Part shown: positions 46,305 to 55,556 of the stretch, piece after piece
How positions within the stretch are numbered: the stretch's first letter is position 1
How the letters are laid out: every line of letters begins with the position of its first letter
Program-made: the position numbers and the translations under genes
Notes under the pieces: model-generated
Told to the model about the DNA's origin: nothing
The model's input: only the letters and a program-made list of their open reading frames with translations
Databases searched by the model: none
From: a virus
Virus record (IMG/VR): IMGVR_UViG_3300047564_002169
Coordinates: 34,587-98,586 of that record
Direction: 5' to 3' (one strand)
DNA: 64,000 nt

Positions 46305-48067
46305 TGATAGCGTTTCATCAATTTCTTCTGGTTGAATCTGATGACGGTGATGGTAAACTAAAACACATCCATCACGCTGAAGATCGACCATTGTTCCACG
46401 GAAAACCAGGGTTTGAACATGCATACGGCGCTCTTATGGCGTCGCATATGCATATAAAAAATCGCGCACAATCTAATGCTCTCACTACAAAGTATGATGG
46501 TTCACCATCAATAGTTTTTGGCCACGATGAACAAGGTAAATTTTTTGTATCGTCAAAGTCGGCGTTTAATAAAAATCCGAAGATTAATTATACGCCTGAA
46601 GACATTGATAAAAATCATGGTCATGCTCCAGGTCTTGCAGAAAAATTAAAACACGCTCTTGAACATTTACCAAAAGTCGCTCCAAAGGAAGGAACTTTCC
46701 AAGGAGACTTAATGTATAGCGGCGACGATGTTCAAAAGAGTAAAGATGGTTCTGTATCATTCACGCCAAACACGATCACATATACAGCTAAAGGTGACAC
46801 TGCTAAAAAGATTAGTAAATCAAAACTAGGCGTTGTTGTTCATACTCAATACAATGACAAGGGTAGAGCAGAACCGCTTAGTAAAGATAACGAAAATGCG
46901 TTTGGTCGCCATCCAGATGTACATTGGCATTCAGCCAATTACGATGCTGGTAAAGCAAAGTATGAAGCCGCAGCCCAAACGCAGTTTATTAAACATATGT
47001 CTGCAGCGAAAGCAATCCATGATAAACATGGAGATACAATGTACGCAGCTGCTGAGCCTCATATTGGAGAAGCCGGTCATCTTGGTACATATATCAATCA
47101 AACAGTTCGTGATGGTTCTAAACCAACTTCAGCAGGATTACAAAAACACATTGCTGGTAAATACCAGAAAATGGTTGAAAAACTAAAGACTGAAAAATCA
47201 CAGAATGCTAAATTAGAAGAATTGCGTGGGCATGTAGAGCATATTAAAAATAATGCTGAACATTATACTAATTTGTTGTCTATGCATCACCATTTGCAAC
47301 AAGCAAAAAATGGGCTTGTTTCTTCTCTAGAATCTAACGAGGGTGAATATGCGCACTCTATTGGCGGTATCGCCTCGAAACCAGAAGGTTTTGTGTTTAG
47401 TCATAAAGGCGAACCCACTAAGCTAGTCAATCGCGCAGAGTTCGCTCGCCAAAACTTACTAAAGGTAAGAACTCAATCTGCGGCGACTACTGAAAAAGAC
47501 AAACATCATGTTATTGCTTTTGGTCGTATGAACCCACCAACTGCTGGACACGAACAGGTCGTAAATACGTTAAAAGATAAAGCAAAAGAAGTTGGTGGTG
47601 ATCATACTCTTATTCTGTCTCATTCTCATGCAACCAAAGATGGTAAGAATCCATTAAGCCCAGAGCAAAAATTAAAACACGCTCGCAATGCGTTTCCTAA
47701 AACTAATATTGAAGTTGCTTCCAAGGATAAGCCAACTCTACTGCACCACGCTGTCGATTTATACAACAAAGGAGTCACACATCTACACTTCATCGGCGGT
47801 TCTGACCGCGCGAGTATGGCTGATATGCTTAAGAAATATAACGGTCAGAAATCTGCGCATGGTTATTATAACTTTAAAAACATTGAGTTCCATTCCTCTG
47901 GGCAGCGCGAAGAAGGAGCTACGGGTGTAACTGGTATTTCTGGAACCAAACTACGTCATCTCGCTGCAACTGGTGAAAAGAAAGAGTTCCACTCAAACTT
48001 ACCATCAAAGATGAAACCAGAACATAAAGATGCCTTGTACAACGATCTGAGAAAGGCGATGCCATGA
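46304..48067 (+). CDS. Ligase-like nucleotidyltransferase fused to a NadD/cytidylyltransferase-like domain
   Basis: KYDG, FQGD, EGFVF, KLV motifs; C-domain FGRMNPPTAGH, FIGGSDR, ISGTKLR; N-terminus MIAFHQFLLVE. Confidence 0.75.
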   Translation: MIAFHQFLLVESDDGDGKLKHIHHAEDRPLFHGKPGFEHAYGALMASHMHIKNRAQSNALTTKYDGSPSIVFGHDEQGKFFVSSKSAFNKNPKINYTPEDIDKNHGHAPGLAEKLKHALEHLPKVAPKEGTFQGDLMYSGDDVQKSKDGSVSFTPNTITYTAKGDTAKKISKSKLGVVVHTQYNDKGRAEPLSKDNENAFGRHPDVHWHSANYDAGKAKYEAAAQTQFIKHMSAAKAIHDKHGDTMYAAAEPHIGEAGHLGTYINQTVRDGSKPTSAGLQKHIAGKYQKMVEKLKTEKSQNAKLEELRGHVEHIKNNAEHYTNLLSMHHHLQQAKNGLVSSLESNEGEYAHSIGGIASKPEGFVFSHKGEPTKLVNRAEFARQNLLKVRTQSAATTEKDKHHVIAFGRMNPPTAGHEQVVNTLKDKAKEVGGDHTLILSHSHATKDGKNPLSPEQKLKHARNAFPKTNIEVASKDKPTLLHHAVDLYNKGVTHLHFIGGSDRASMADMLKKYNGQKSAHGYYNFKNIEFHSSGQREEGATGVTGISGTKLRHLAATGEKKEFHSNLPSKMKPEHKDALYNDLRKAMP

Positions 48068-48408
48068 AATTATTGTTAGTTTATATTACATTTCTATTAA
48101 GTGGATGCACAATCATACCTCCAAAACTCCACGATCCAGTCATGTTCGACCAAATTATTTTTATTAAAATTAAATTTAATAAATTGTCCTGTTCTGATAA
48201 AGATTGGGGCGCTTTGCTTGATAAAGTTCATCATCTAACAGTATACTCTGCTTCTCGCGAAGATCCGCAAGCTGAGAATATCGCTCAGTTGGAGGAATCG
48301 CTATTACAAGCATATAATTCTAAAAATGAAACATTCTGCAGTTCTATTTTAACTATTAATAAAACTCGTATCGAAGTCATTGAAGATGCGTGGAAAGGGA
48401 GAAAATGA
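48064..48408 (+). CDS. Lipoprotein
   Basis: Signal peptide with lipobox LSGC. Confidence 0.75.
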   Translation: MKLLLVYITFLLSGCTIIPPKLHDPVMFDQIIFIKIKFNKLSCSDKDWGALLDKVHHLTVYSASREDPQAENIAQLEESLLQAYNSKNETFCSSILTINKTRIEVIEDAWKGRK

Positions 48409-48641
48409 GTATCGCGAACGAACTACGAGAGCATGTAGGATTGGCGGGTCCAGCTTCCATATTGGCCAATGAACTTCTAGTGATCCGTGATGAATATGAA
48501 CGGGGAAATTTAACCGTAGAAGAATATCAATACCTTCTGCGCGAAATTGCTGAGGTGCGTTCTCATCAACAACTAGCTTCTGATGAGATTGCCTGTAGAT
48601 GGATCGTCGATGCGGCACTCGCTCTTGCCTCAGCCATTTGA
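48406..48641 (+). CDS. Small helical hypothetical protein
   Basis: ORF MSIANELRE... with SD GGAG, coupled to the lipoprotein gene. Confidence 0.6.
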
Positions 48642-48676
48642 TATTCCTAAATAAAGGTAGCATAATTACTTAATTA

Positions 48677-50509
48677 ATGGGTCACATGAAAGATTATAAA
48701 CAATTAATAAAAGAACTTCCGTCTAACACATTTGTTTGCGCTCTAGGTGAATTTAATCCACCAACCACAGCGCATGAACTTTTGGTTAAGACAGTCAAGG
48801 TAGTAGCCGAGCAATATCGCGCCGATCACTCTATCTACATCTCCCCATCCGATCTAATCAGCGAAGATAAAAAAGCGCAGTTTCTGCAACTAATGTTCCC
48901 AAGAGCTAAATTTCACTCGTTGGGCGAAACCTTTTTTACTTCTACAATTAAACAATTAACCGAAAAGTATCGTAAGGTTATTATTGTAGCTGGCGCGGAC
49001 CAGTTCGCAGAATTTAAGAAACTTAAAGAATCTGCTAAAGTCGAGATTATCTCCATCGGCACAAAAGATCCAGAAATAAACGACGCTAAGATGAGACAGT
49101 TTGCTTCTAAGGGTGTTTATGAAGACTTCAAAACACTTCTGCCATCTACTATCCGAGAGATTGATGGTAAGCGTCTAATGAATGAGATGCGCATCGGTAT
49201 GAATTTAGAACCAATCAAAGAACAGTTAGTCTTGGTCAAAGACAAACTGCGCGAAAAATATTTTAAAGGGCAAATTTTTAATGAAGGTGAGCTAGTTGAA
49301 TCTAACGATAAACTATATACGATCGTTAAACGCGGAGCCAATCATCTATTATTAAAAGAAGAAAGCGGAGAATTGGTATCAAAGTGGATTCACGATGTCA
49401 AACCAGTAAAACAGAATATTAAATTAGAAGAAGCAGTTATTCAGCCTAATGGTACTGATAAAATTGATGTGAATGCTCCTGAATCAGACACCGGCGCGAA
49501 ACAATCACCAGCACCAAAGGGCACCAAAAAGGGCTTTCTAACTTTCTATAACATGGACACTAAAGAAAATGGTGATGCCATGCAGGAAGAAGTTATGGTG
49601 AGTTCAAAGTCCAATGATCCTATACAAAAGGCTAAAACCAAAGCTGCACTTATTTTAAAGCAAACAAAGGAAACGGGTGCTTTAAAAACAAAACATGAGC
49701 GAGAGAAACGCTCTTTATCACAAGAAGAAACACAAAATCAGCAAGGCTCTCTAAAGGACGCGTGTTGGAAAGGCTATACCGCCATCGGCATGAAGAATAA
49801 AAATGGTAAGAAAGTTCCTAATTGCGTGCCTGTTAAAGAAGACTTAGATGAGCAACAAGACGATCGTAAAAAACAACTAAAGCCGTTCAAGGCACACACC
49901 GAGAAAATGCAAAAACCAGAGGGCGGCGCGATCCACGAACCAACACAAAGTTTACCAGCATCGCAAAGACCATTTGATCCATTTTTTAAAGAAGAAAAAG
50001 ATTTTGATTTAACTGAAGAAGAAATTAACCGCATGGTTGATTCTGTGACAGATGAAGAGATCTTCGATCTTTACGAAGAACACGAAATTTCTTTAGTGTA
50101 TGAAGACACTGGCGAAGAAGTTGAGGCACATCCAGAAGAATATAAAATGGATTTGATGGAAGTTTTATCTCGCCAAGAAAGATTAAAAGGAAAGATTCGC
50201 TTGCGTAAAACTGCAGCAAAACGCAGCCGTTCCACCAAAATTGCATTAAAAAGATATTCACCAACATCTACAATTAATAAACGCGCTCGTCGTCTTGCGA
50301 TTAAACTAATGAAGAAACGTCTGTTACGCGGTAGAGATCCCGCAAAAGTTTCTGTCGGTGAGAAAGAACGCATCGAAAGGATGATGGCAAAACGTAAAGA
50401 TATTATTAATCGTTTGGCGCAAAAATTGGTCGCTCGTGTTCGTAAAATTGAGAAGACAAGAATGTCTCATGATAAAGTCACAAAGAGCAGTACGCCTAGT
50501 GTATTTTAA
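48677..50509 (+). CDS. Modular putative internal head protein: degenerate cytidylyltransferase domain plus acidic and basic modules
   Basis: GEFNPPTTAH, VAGADQ; CWKGY...PNCVP module; very basic C-terminus; late promoter at 48646. Confidence 0.7.
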   Translation: MGHMKDYKQLIKELPSNTFVCALGEFNPPTTAHELLVKTVKVVAEQYRADHSIYISPSDLISEDKKAQFLQLMFPRAKFHSLGETFFTSTIKQLTEKYRKVIIVAGADQFAEFKKLKESAKVEIISIGTKDPEINDAKMRQFASKGVYEDFKTLLPSTIREIDGKRLMNEMRIGMNLEPIKEQLVLVKDKLREKYFKGQIFNEGELVESNDKLYTIVKRGANHLLLKEESGELVSKWIHDVKPVKQNIKLEEAVIQPNGTDKIDVNAPESDTGAKQSPAPKGTKKGFLTFYNMDTKENGDAMQEEVMVSSKSNDPIQKAKTKAALILKQTKETGALKTKHEREKRSLSQEETQNQQGSLKDACWKGYTAIGMKNKNGKKVPNCVPVKEDLDEQQDDRKKQLKPFKAHTEKMQKPEGGAIHEPTQSLPASQRPFDPFFKEEKDFDLTEEEINRMVDSVTDEEIFDLYEEHEISLVYEDTGEEVEAHPEEYKMDLMEVLSRQERLKGKIRLRKTAAKRSRSTKIALKRYSPTSTINKRARRLAIKLMKKRLLRGRDPAKVSVGEKERIERMMAKRKDIINRLAQKLVARVRKIEKTRMSHDKVTKSSTPSVF

Positions 50510-50519
50510 GGATAATAAG

Positions 50520-50882
50520 ATGCTTTCATTTAAACAGTTTCTAGAAGAAAAATGTAACTGCTGGGACGGGTACAAACGTAAACCTGGAACGAAACCATGC
50601 GCAGAAGATTCTTGTGTTAAAGAAGAAACTGAACTAGAAGAAGCAACGTATCAAGGTAAGGAAGTTCCTCTTAACAAACCAATGGCTGGCGATGTCAAAA
50701 AATCTAAAGTTTTTGTAGACCCGGACGGTGATGGTATTGCTAAGAAAGTTAATTTCGGCGACAAAAAAATGGCTATTAAAAAACATATTCCTGCTCGTCG
50801 TAAAAGTTTCCGCGCACGACACAACTGCGCCACTGCCAAAGACAAAACAACTCCAAGATACTGGAGCTGCCGTGCGTGGTAA
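50520..50882 (+). CDS. Conserved phage protein with capsid-targeting-like N-terminus
   Basis: MLSFKQFLEE, CWDGY...CV module, KKVNFGD...RRKSFRARHNC...YWSC..W. Confidence 0.75.
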   Translation: MLSFKQFLEEKCNCWDGYKRKPGTKPCAEDSCVKEETELEEATYQGKEVPLNKPMAGDVKKSKVFVDPDGDGIAKKVNFGDKKMAIKKHIPARRKSFRARHNCATAKDKTTPRYWSCRAW

Positions 50883-50915
50883 ATATAAACAGAACTGCAA
50901 GGTATGGTGATATAA

Positions 50916-51404
50916 ATGGCACTTAAACATGTACTTAAACACACTGAGACGGAGATCGTGTTCAAGTGTTATATTACTGATTCATCTGGTGGTACTATTG
51001 ATATTAGCGTTCAAAACGATTGCACCAAATCTACTCAAGAATATGTAACCCCAGCTTCTATTCCAGACGAGACAGGCGGTGGGTTGGTTAATTACGTTGG
51101 ATCTAGAGTTTACATTAGTGGGATTTGGTGGGGTCTTAAGAAAGATAAACAATTAGACATCACTAGAATCATTAATCCAGTTGGTCCAGTTCTTCACGGT
51201 CATTATTACCTGATAAACTCTGGATTTTATGATTACCAAAACTTGGGTGATTTTACAGATCGCGTTTATGCCAATAAAGACATACGTTTAACGTTTGATG
51301 GTGCGGGACATTGTATTATTCGTCTAAGAAAAGAAGGATGGAATCCTAAAGTTGAGACCGCAGTATTTGGTCCATATGATAACGAATCTGTTGTAGGAAG
51401 TTAA
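50916..51404 (+). CDS. Hypothetical protein (paralog of 6993..7454)
   Basis: Shares the C-terminal LRK.GW..KVE.A..G.YD motif. Confidence 0.65.
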   Translation: MALKHVLKHTETEIVFKCYITDSSGGTIDISVQNDCTKSTQEYVTPASIPDETGGGLVNYVGSRVYISGIWWGLKKDKQLDITRIINPVGPVLHGHYYLINSGFYDYQNLGDFTDRVYANKDIRLTFDGAGHCIIRLRKEGWNPKVETAVFGPYDNESVVGS

Positions 51405-51405
51405 T

Positions 51406-51837
51406 ATGATTGAAGCAAGAATTGCACTAGCCGACACCTTCTTTATGTATATGAAGGCACATTCTTACCACTGGAACGTGGAGGGAATGTTCTTTCCTCA
51501 GTTACATAATTTCTTTGGCGATTTGTATGAAGAATTACATGACTCTATTGACCCGATGGCAGAACAAATTCGCGCTATGGGTGAATATGCTCCAAGAAGC
51601 GTTGAAGAAATGTATAGTGATAAAACTGTTGACTGTAAAAATCTAGCACATTCTGCTACAGATATGGTTTCCGACTTATTACGAACTAATGATGAAGTAA
51701 TTGTTAGCCTAAATATATTATTCAAGAAGTTAGAAGAATCTGACGATCAAGGTTTTATGGATTTCGTCGCAGGTAGATTAAACGCACATAAAAAACACGG
51801 ATGGATGTTAAAATCTATCCTTAAGAACGGAGAATAA
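51406..51837 (+). CDS. dps: Dps/ferritin-like protein
   Basis: KAHSYHWNVEG..F..LH.FF...YEE...D..AE.IR, H.K..WML. Confidence 0.92.
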   Translation: MIEARIALADTFFMYMKAHSYHWNVEGMFFPQLHNFFGDLYEELHDSIDPMAEQIRAMGEYAPRSVEEMYSDKTVDCKNLAHSATDMVSDLLRTNDEVIVSLNILFKKLEESDDQGFMDFVAGRLNAHKKHGWMLKSILKNGE

Positions 51838-51839
51838 AA

Positions 51840-53585
51840 ATGCAATTTAAATCGTTCATGGAAATGTTGAAGGGTAAACAGCATAAACTTGATAAAAATA
51901 AAAATGGAAAGCTAGATGCTGAAGATTTCAAGGCTCTTCGTAAAGAAGAAACAGAACAAACTGAAGAATCTTACGATTTTAATCGCGCAGCACTGGCGAA
52001 GCAGCGTCTAATGAACTTGCGTAAAGCTGGTGGTAGAGTTCGCGGGGCAACTCTCGCTAATTTGATGCGCGCTGCTGGTATTCGTGAAGAAGAATTGGAT
52101 GATCAAGATCTGGATCAGTTAGATGAAGTTCTTGGTAAAGATGCTACTGCTTCTGACTGGATTAGCGATTTTGTTCATAGCGACAACCCCAAGTTTGAGG
52201 GTAAGTCTAAAAAGGAGCGCATTAAAATGGCTCTTGGTGCTTACTATAATACCACTAAGAAGAAAGATGGTATTAGTGAAGATCGCGTTATAGAAGAAGT
52301 TTCGCAGATTGATGAAACACCAAAAGTTGATCGGGGACTTTCTGATGACCAAAAAATTGCTGCCAGAGCAAAAAGAGGAACTAATAAGCGTGGTTTTAAA
52401 ATAGGAAATACTACTGGCGGTCAATGGTGGGGGAAAACTGAACCATCACCATTTAAAGATAGTAGTGTTGAGAAGTCTGGCGAGCGCAAAGGTATGATTA
52501 CTAAATCTGCTATTAATCAAACCAAAGATGCTATTAGATCTAGATTAAACAAAGAAGAAGTTGAATCTTTACATTCTTATGTCCAAGGTGAAGATCGTCG
52601 CTCTGGAATGAAAGAAGAAACTGATACTTCTGAAAAACATGAGATGGCTGAAACTCAGTTACACTTTATCAAGTATGCTGCAGAAGAAATTCTAGAATAT
52701 ATCAAGATGGGTGGCGAGATCGAAGAATGGTATCAAAACAAACTTTCTAAAGTACAAAGCGAACTTGAATCTTTACATTCTTATGTCGAAGGCGAATCTC
52801 GTCGCACTGGAATGAAAGAGGAAACCGATAAGTTACTGGAATATACAACAGGTCCAGGTGGTGTTACTCGTATACAAGGGCGTGGTTACGGCGCTGCAAA
52901 GGGTGCCAAATATGGTAGTACTGATTATGATCGCGAATCTCTAGACAAGAATGATGATGAATCCGAAACGAGTCAACCACAAAAACGAGGTCGCGGCAGA
53001 CCAGCAGGATCAAAGTCTGGTGCTCGTGGACCTAGAATCAAAGAACAATATGACGAAGATTTTTCTTTAGATGAAGCAAAAAGTACTCGTTGGTTTCATT
53101 ATGCAGTTATGAAAAATGCTGACACAGGAAAATATCACTCAAGTTCAGTAAATGCATACGGCAACACCGTTGCACATAAAACAGGGTTTGATAGCGCAGA
53201 AGAAGCAGAACAGCACGGCAAGAAAATTTCTAGTATCGGCGGTGGTAGAACTCAAGCGTTTCATGATTCTGATGTAACGCATAAAAACTTCAAAAAAGTG
53301 GTCAAAGAACAATATGACGAAGAAGGTAATATTTCGTATTCTAAACTTTCATACAAAGACTTCGTGGATCAATTGCTGGAATACACAACAGGTCCAGGTG
53401 GCGTGACTCGCATACAAGGTCGCGGTTATGGTAATGCAAAGGGCGCGAAATACGGTAGCACTGATTACGACCGAGAAAACTTAGACAAGAATGATGATGA
53501 AGGTGAATCATCTCAACCACAAAAACGAGGTCGTGGTAGACCAGCAGGATCAAAGTCTGGCGCTCGTGGACCTAGAATCAAATAA
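51840..53585 (+). CDS. Modular putative internal head polyprotein with EF-hand-like loop and two AT-hook repeats
   Basis: MQFKSFME N-terminus; DKNKNGKLDAED; two copies of KRGRGRPAGSK; internal duplications. Confidence 0.75.
   Translation: MQFKSFMEMLKGKQHKLDKNKNGKLDAEDFKALRKEETEQTEESYDFNRAALAKQRLMNLRKAGGRVRGATLANLMRAAGIREEELDDQDLDQLDEVLGKDATASDWISDFVHSDNPKFEGKSKKERIKMALGAYYNTTKKKDGISEDRVIEEVSQIDETPKVDRGLSDDQKIAARAKRGTNKRGFKIGNTTGGQWWGKTEPSPFKDSSVEKSGERKGMITKSAINQTKDAIRSRLNKEEVESLHSYVQGEDRRSGMKEETDTSEKHEMAETQLHFIKYAAEEILEYIKMGGEIEEWYQNKLSKVQSELESLHSYVEGESRRTGMKEETDKLLEYTTGPGGVTRIQGRGYGAAKGAKYGSTDYDRESLDKNDDESETSQPQKRGRGRPAGSKSGARGPRIKEQYDEDFSLDEAKSTRWFHYAVMKNADTGKYHSSSVNAYGNTVAHKTGFDSAEEAEQHGKKISSIGGGRTQAFHDSDVTHKNFKKVVKEQYDEEGNISYSKLSYKDFVDQLLEYTTGPGGVTRIQGRGYGNAKGAKYGSTDYDRENLDKNDDEGESSQPQKRGRGRPAGSKSGARGPRIK
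52561..52830 (+). repeat. 66-nt direct repeat pair (52561-52626 / 52765-52830)
   Basis: Both copies encode ESLHSYV.GE.RR.GMKEETD. Confidence 0.9.
52833..53582 (+). repeat. 210-nt direct repeat pair (52833-53042 / 53373-53582)
   Basis: Both copies encode LLEYTTGPGGVTRIQGRGYG...KRGRGRPAGSKSGARGPRIK; differences are mostly synonymous. Confidence 0.95.
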
Positions 53586-53603
53586 TTTTAAGGAGAAATA
53601 AAA

Positions 53604-54125
53604 ATGGCACTATGGTCAAATACTGACGCCGACGGCAGCAAACCAAAGAATTTATCAACAGATGAGAAAACCGCTACTGTTGGTATTGATCCGGTCGAAG
53701 CTGCTGCTAATGGTTTAACTGCTGGATGGAATTTAAAAACAACTGGTTCTGGTGGACGCGCTGGTCGTGTGTTCCATGAAGTTCTAGTAGCAATGGGTTC
53801 AATGACTGGCGATAACGATACTGTTGCTCCAGAAATTACTATTTCTGCGCAGCCATCTAATGCATCTGTTGTTGAAGGTAATACTGCAACGTTCTCTGTT
53901 ACAGCAACTCGCACTGGTACTGGTAGTCTCGCGTATCAATGGCAGAAACAAGAGTCTGGAGCAGGAGCATGGGCTGATATTTCTGGTGCAACCAGCGCGT
54001 CTTACACGACTGGTGCTCTATCGGTCGCTGCAGATAATACTGACAAATATCGCGTTATCGTATCGCTGGTTGGCGCAGAGTCTGTCACTTCTAATTCAGC
54101 AACATTGACTGTTACTTTGGCATAA
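53604..54125 (+). CDS. Ig-like (I-set) domain virion decoration protein
   Basis: ITISAQP....V.EG.TATFSV.A......YQWQ....W.DI.GAT...Y......YRV.V......S..ATLTV. Confidence 0.85.
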   Translation: MALWSNTDADGSKPKNLSTDEKTATVGIDPVEAAANGLTAGWNLKTTGSGGRAGRVFHEVLVAMGSMTGDNDTVAPEITISAQPSNASVVEGNTATFSVTATRTGTGSLAYQWQKQESGAGAWADISGATSASYTTGALSVAADNTDKYRVIVSLVGAESVTSNSATLTVTLA

Positions 54126-54142
54126 TAAATAAATCATGTAAA

Positions 54143-54168
54143 GAGGGGGACTTCTCCCCCTCTACTTT
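54143..54168 (+). terminator. Hairpin terminator
   Basis: AGAGGGGGA-CTTC-TCCCCCTCT stem. Confidence 0.7.
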
Positions 54169-54179
54169 CGTGGAATGTT

Positions 54180-54560
54180 ATGGTTAGTGAAAAGCTAAAT
54201 GAGAATAACTTTGTGCTTTATGCGATGCATCATTATGATAATCCGCAATGCCACAGCGTGCAAGAGTTTGAAGAAGATTTAAAAAAATTTCTGTATTTGA
54301 AAAAACTCTTATCTCGTTATAACACTACCGGCGAGCTAAGAGAACGCCTGATACTAAATCATATTATCGTAATATACAATATTTTTGGTGATGCCGCAAC
54401 TCGTATGTTATTTTATAGAATTGACAAATCTTGTTGGGAATCGCTAACAACTTTTCTGGTATATTTAAATAGAATGCCGGAAAATTTACCAGAATTTGGG
54501 ATTGTTTCTTCAGATATAAAGCTAGACGAAACAATCATTTCTGTGCTAAGGAATATTTAA
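54180..54560 (+). CDS. Conserved T4-like hypothetical protein
   Basis: YA..HYDNPQC....EF.ED...F.Y.K.L..RY...GEL.ERLILNH. Confidence 0.8.
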   Translation: MVSEKLNENNFVLYAMHHYDNPQCHSVQEFEEDLKKFLYLKKLLSRYNTTGELRERLILNHIIVIYNIFGDAATRMLFYRIDKSCWESLTTFLVYLNRMPENLPEFGIVSSDIKLDETIISVLRNI

Positions 54561-55099
54561 TGGGCAGAACAGTAGACAATTTAATTGCATTAAAAATACT
54601 TAAAATGCTGGTCACCCAATTCGTCGATACCGATGCATATAAACTTGGTATAATTGATGCCACCGGCAAAAATATTAGAAAAGCCAATAGTTTACAGACC
54701 GCTAAAGAAAAAGATGCATATAGTTATCTGACCCGTTTAGTTTTCAATATTAAAAAAATTATCAATCGCTTACCCGGTGGTGAAAACAACATAAAATCTT
54801 TGGTTGCTGCGCTGTGGTTAATCAAAGAGCAATATCAATCCAATAATAAACTCACCAATTCTTTGTTGGAAGAAAAATTTGCTGACCTAATGAAATTGAT
54901 GGATAATAGGGTTTCGTTGGTTGAAGAAGAGATCATCGTTAAAAAGTTTCTAAAAGAAGATGCCGTTGCCAACGTTACAGGAGCAGCTGTCTCTACCAAT
55001 GAACCAAAAATTCATTCAAAAGACATTAAGAAATATAAACAGGGACAATCGTCCACTATTAGCGGTATGGTCCGTCGCCCCAACCCTTTGGTGAAATGA
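54560..55099 (+). CDS. Conserved T4-like hypothetical protein
   Basis: AYKLGIID..G, RLVFNIKK, AALWLIKE. Confidence 0.75.
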   Translation: MGRTVDNLIALKILKMLVTQFVDTDAYKLGIIDATGKNIRKANSLQTAKEKDAYSYLTRLVFNIKKIINRLPGGENNIKSLVAALWLIKEQYQSNNKLTNSLLEEKFADLMKLMDNRVSLVEEEIIVKKFLKEDAVANVTGAAVSTNEPKIHSKDIKKYKQGQSSTISGMVRRPNPLVK

Positions 55100-55100
55100 C

Positions 55101-55556
55101 ATGTGGTTGTTATCGTTTATTCCAGAAGAGCTTGTGATGTGGGTAGTGAATACTCTCATTATTATTGGTGTTGCTGGATTTGGTATAACCAGTTTCTTTG
55201 GTTTTGTGACAAGCTGGTTCCCAGCAATCGCGCCATATCGTTCGTTGATACAAATTATCAGTGTTATTTTACTAATAGCTGGAGTTTACTTTAAAGGTGC
55301 ATATTCTGTTGAAATAGACTGGAGAGCAAAAGTTGCTAAATTAGAAGCAAAAGTTAAACTCGCTGAAGAAAAAACAAAAACCGCTAATGTTGAAATTCGA
55401 ACTGTATATGTCGATAAAGTGAGAGTTGTCAAAGAAACACAAGTTGTCATTAAAGAAAAGATTAAAAAAGATGCCGCCAAAATTGATTCTCAATGTAAGG
55501 TTGCTCCTGAAGTGATTTCTATCCTTAACGATGCGGCGACTGGGGTTCCCAAATGA
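55101..55556 (+). CDS. Probable inner-membrane spanin (Rz-like)
   Basis: N-terminal TM segments, coiled coil, C-terminal Cys; overlaps the lipoprotein gene. Confidence 0.7.
   Translation: MWLLSFIPEELVMWVVNTLIIIGVAGFGITSFFGFVTSWFPAIAPYRSLIQIISVILLIAGVYFKGAYSVEIDWRAKVAKLEAKVKLAEEKTKTANVEIRTVYVDKVRVVKETQVVIKEKIKKDAAKIDSQCKVAPEVISILNDAATGVPK

Noticed and set aside
52561-53582. Direct repeats as a CRISPR array or DGR template/variable repeat
   Set aside because: Only two copies each, in frame inside a CDS, with mostly synonymous differences not confined to adenines; no reverse transcriptase or cas gene in the window
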